DNA of 64,000 bases, from positions 2,224,702 through 2,288,701 of the forward strand of contig MU055753.1 in NCBI GenBank assembly GCA_013239625.1. The letters run 5' to 3'. Below the pieces are notes generated by a model. That model worked only from the letters and a program-made list of their open reading frames with translations, was not told the DNA's origin and did not search any database. The DNA is from Lama guanicoe (Eukaryota). This document shows, piece after piece, positions 62,327 through 64,000 of this stretch; the stretch's first letter is position 1, and the number at the start of each line of letters is the position of its first letter. The position numbers and the translations under genes are program-made.

Positions 62327-62997
62327 CTAGAACAAGTACCTCTAAGTAACCGCACAGACGGCTCTCATCTTTACTACAATGAGTTACCTAAACTGGAGTA
62401 GAAACAACTTTCCTGAAGACACACGATCTGACAACCAGGATGGCACGAGCCCGTGAGCTCTGCCCTCACAGGCCCTGCTTCCTCCTGCCCGGCGTTTGTG
62501 CTGGACTCAGCTTTGTGTCTCCAAGTGTCAGCTCCCCTTACCGCACTACCCGCAGGGTGTCGGTGGTGGTTTTTCAAGGCCCTTCCAGCTCCTCGCTCAC
62601 ACTCAGTGTCCCTCCCTGCTGCTGTCACTGCCTCAAGTCTGCTGCAGAAGGGGTTCCTTAATCACAAAGCTCAATATAGCTTTCTCGAGGGTGGAGAGGC
62701 CTGCGTGGGGAGTGGAGAGACCCGCCCACAGCAGAGCCCTGAAACAAATAGCCCCGGGGGTCCATCACACTCCAATGCTCTGCTTGGCTTCACATAGCCT
62801 CACAGACAGGGCTCGCCTTGGCTTTGAACTTGGGATGCCCCCATCTGCTGCCTTGTATGTACTTTCTGGTCCTCAGTGCTTGTGGCTGCCAGAAAGGCAA
62901 GCGGCACAGAGACTCGGGGCCACTGTGCTCTGCCTGCTCACCTGGGCCAGGACATCAAACAACGCAAGGCCCTGGTAGGATGGACAACTGGACTCAC

Positions 62998-63051
62998 CTC
63001 GAAAAGACTCAGCACTCTCCCCAAGCAGTGCAGTATGGACGCTCTGTGGGT
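62998..63051 (-). CDS. CCNF: Cyclin F exon 6
   Basis: THRASILHCLGRVLSLFE; 54 nt. Confidence 0.95.
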
Positions 63052-63398
63052 CTAAAAAGGAGGAAAAAGAAGTGTGACTGTCAGCACAGAGAACTTCCAG
63101 GGGGCTGCCCCCTCCGTCCGCAGATCCTGGTGTTCCCCGCCCCACCATACAGAGGACCTCACGGAGTCTGTGTCCTGCCTTTCCAACAGTTAGCTTAGCC
63201 CATCTGCAGTGTGGCCCCTCACCTGACCCCCAGACCCTGGCTCTGAGGCCTCCTCTCCTGCTAGCCAGATGCTGCCACATCTGCACTGTTTTCTGTGCCT
63301 CCACTGCCCTCAGGTCCCAGACTTGACTGGTCCACAGCATCTCCCCTGCAGGTTTTCTCTCCTCCTCAGACCCCACAGGCACTCCTGGCCAGACTCAC

Positions 63399-63592
63399 TT
63401 TCTGCAGCTGGCACTCCGCCTGGAGGCTCTCGTGTACCACGGCCTTGCAGCAGCTTCCGGACACCGACCAGGGCGGGCGGATGAAGAGCCAGATGAAGGG
63501 TGCAGCCCCCACATTCAGTCGCTCAGTGAGACTGAAGAAGCGAGAGGCCTTCAGGCCATTCACTTCCGCACGGGCCTCATCGGACACAGACA
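63399..63592 (-). CDS. CCNF: Cyclin F exon 5 (exons 1-4, including the F-box, lie beyond window end)
   Basis: SVSDEARAEVNGLKASRFFSL...PFIWLFIRPPWSVSGSCCK...CQLQK; 194 nt. Confidence 0.96.
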
Positions 63593-64000
63593 CTGCAGAG
63601 ACCACAGAACACAGCCCAGTGGTCAGGGATGTCTCTGGAGGACAGATGCGGACAGGTCCCCACAGTCTTTCTGGAATGTCTGAAACCTCAAGCCTGCTGC
63701 AATGGGAAGTTGCTGGTGTTTTAGGACAGCAGAGGCAGGATCGCGGCTCCTATTTTTCTTCCTCTGTTGTGTGAATCATGTGCCTCTGCCAGGCCCTCCC
63801 AGCAGCCTGGCTTCAGATCGGAGGTGTTCCCGCTTCGGAGGCATCAAGTGCCCACCCTCCTTCCAGGGGGTGGAATTACTGCTCAGCCCCTGAGGGTAAC
63901 GGGGACCCTGTTTCCTTTTGGGGTAATGAGAGTATTCCAAAATTAATGGTGACAGTTGCATGACTCAATACACTAAAAACCATTGAACTACACACTTCAC

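Overview
Mammalian genomic DNA syntenic to human 16p13.3, with all genes on the minus strand. From the high-coordinate end: CCNF (exons 5-17, 63592-50724; its 5' end is outside the window), TEDC2/C16orf59 (10 exons, 47960-44067, about 434 aa), an intronless two-TM ORF resembling TMEM100 (41921-41601, 106 aa), NTN3 (6 exons, 37903-35409, 580 aa), TBC1D24 (non-coding exon 1 near 34063-34250; 7 coding exons, 18981-13244, 559 aa) and ATP6V0C exon 1 (2488-2410; the rest is outside the window). I read splice sites and exon phases by hand and they join in frame. The exception is TEDC2 exon 1, whose GT donor is missing in a poly-G tract. The most interesting signal is the TMEM100-like ORF. It has its own CpG island, promoter motifs and an L2-derived polyA signal, and may be a little-described TMEM100/PIRT-family ohnolog next to NTN3. 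Other points: a U12 intron in TEDC2, the splicing architecture around the TBC1D24 neural microexon, a strong-Kozak uORF in TBC1D24, no canonical NTN3 polyA signal before the TBC1D24 promoter, and a CLEAR/CRE cluster at ATP6V0C. Repeats are mostly old MIR, L2 and L1M fragments, and their boundaries are approximate. All orthologue comparisons are from memory; no searches were run.
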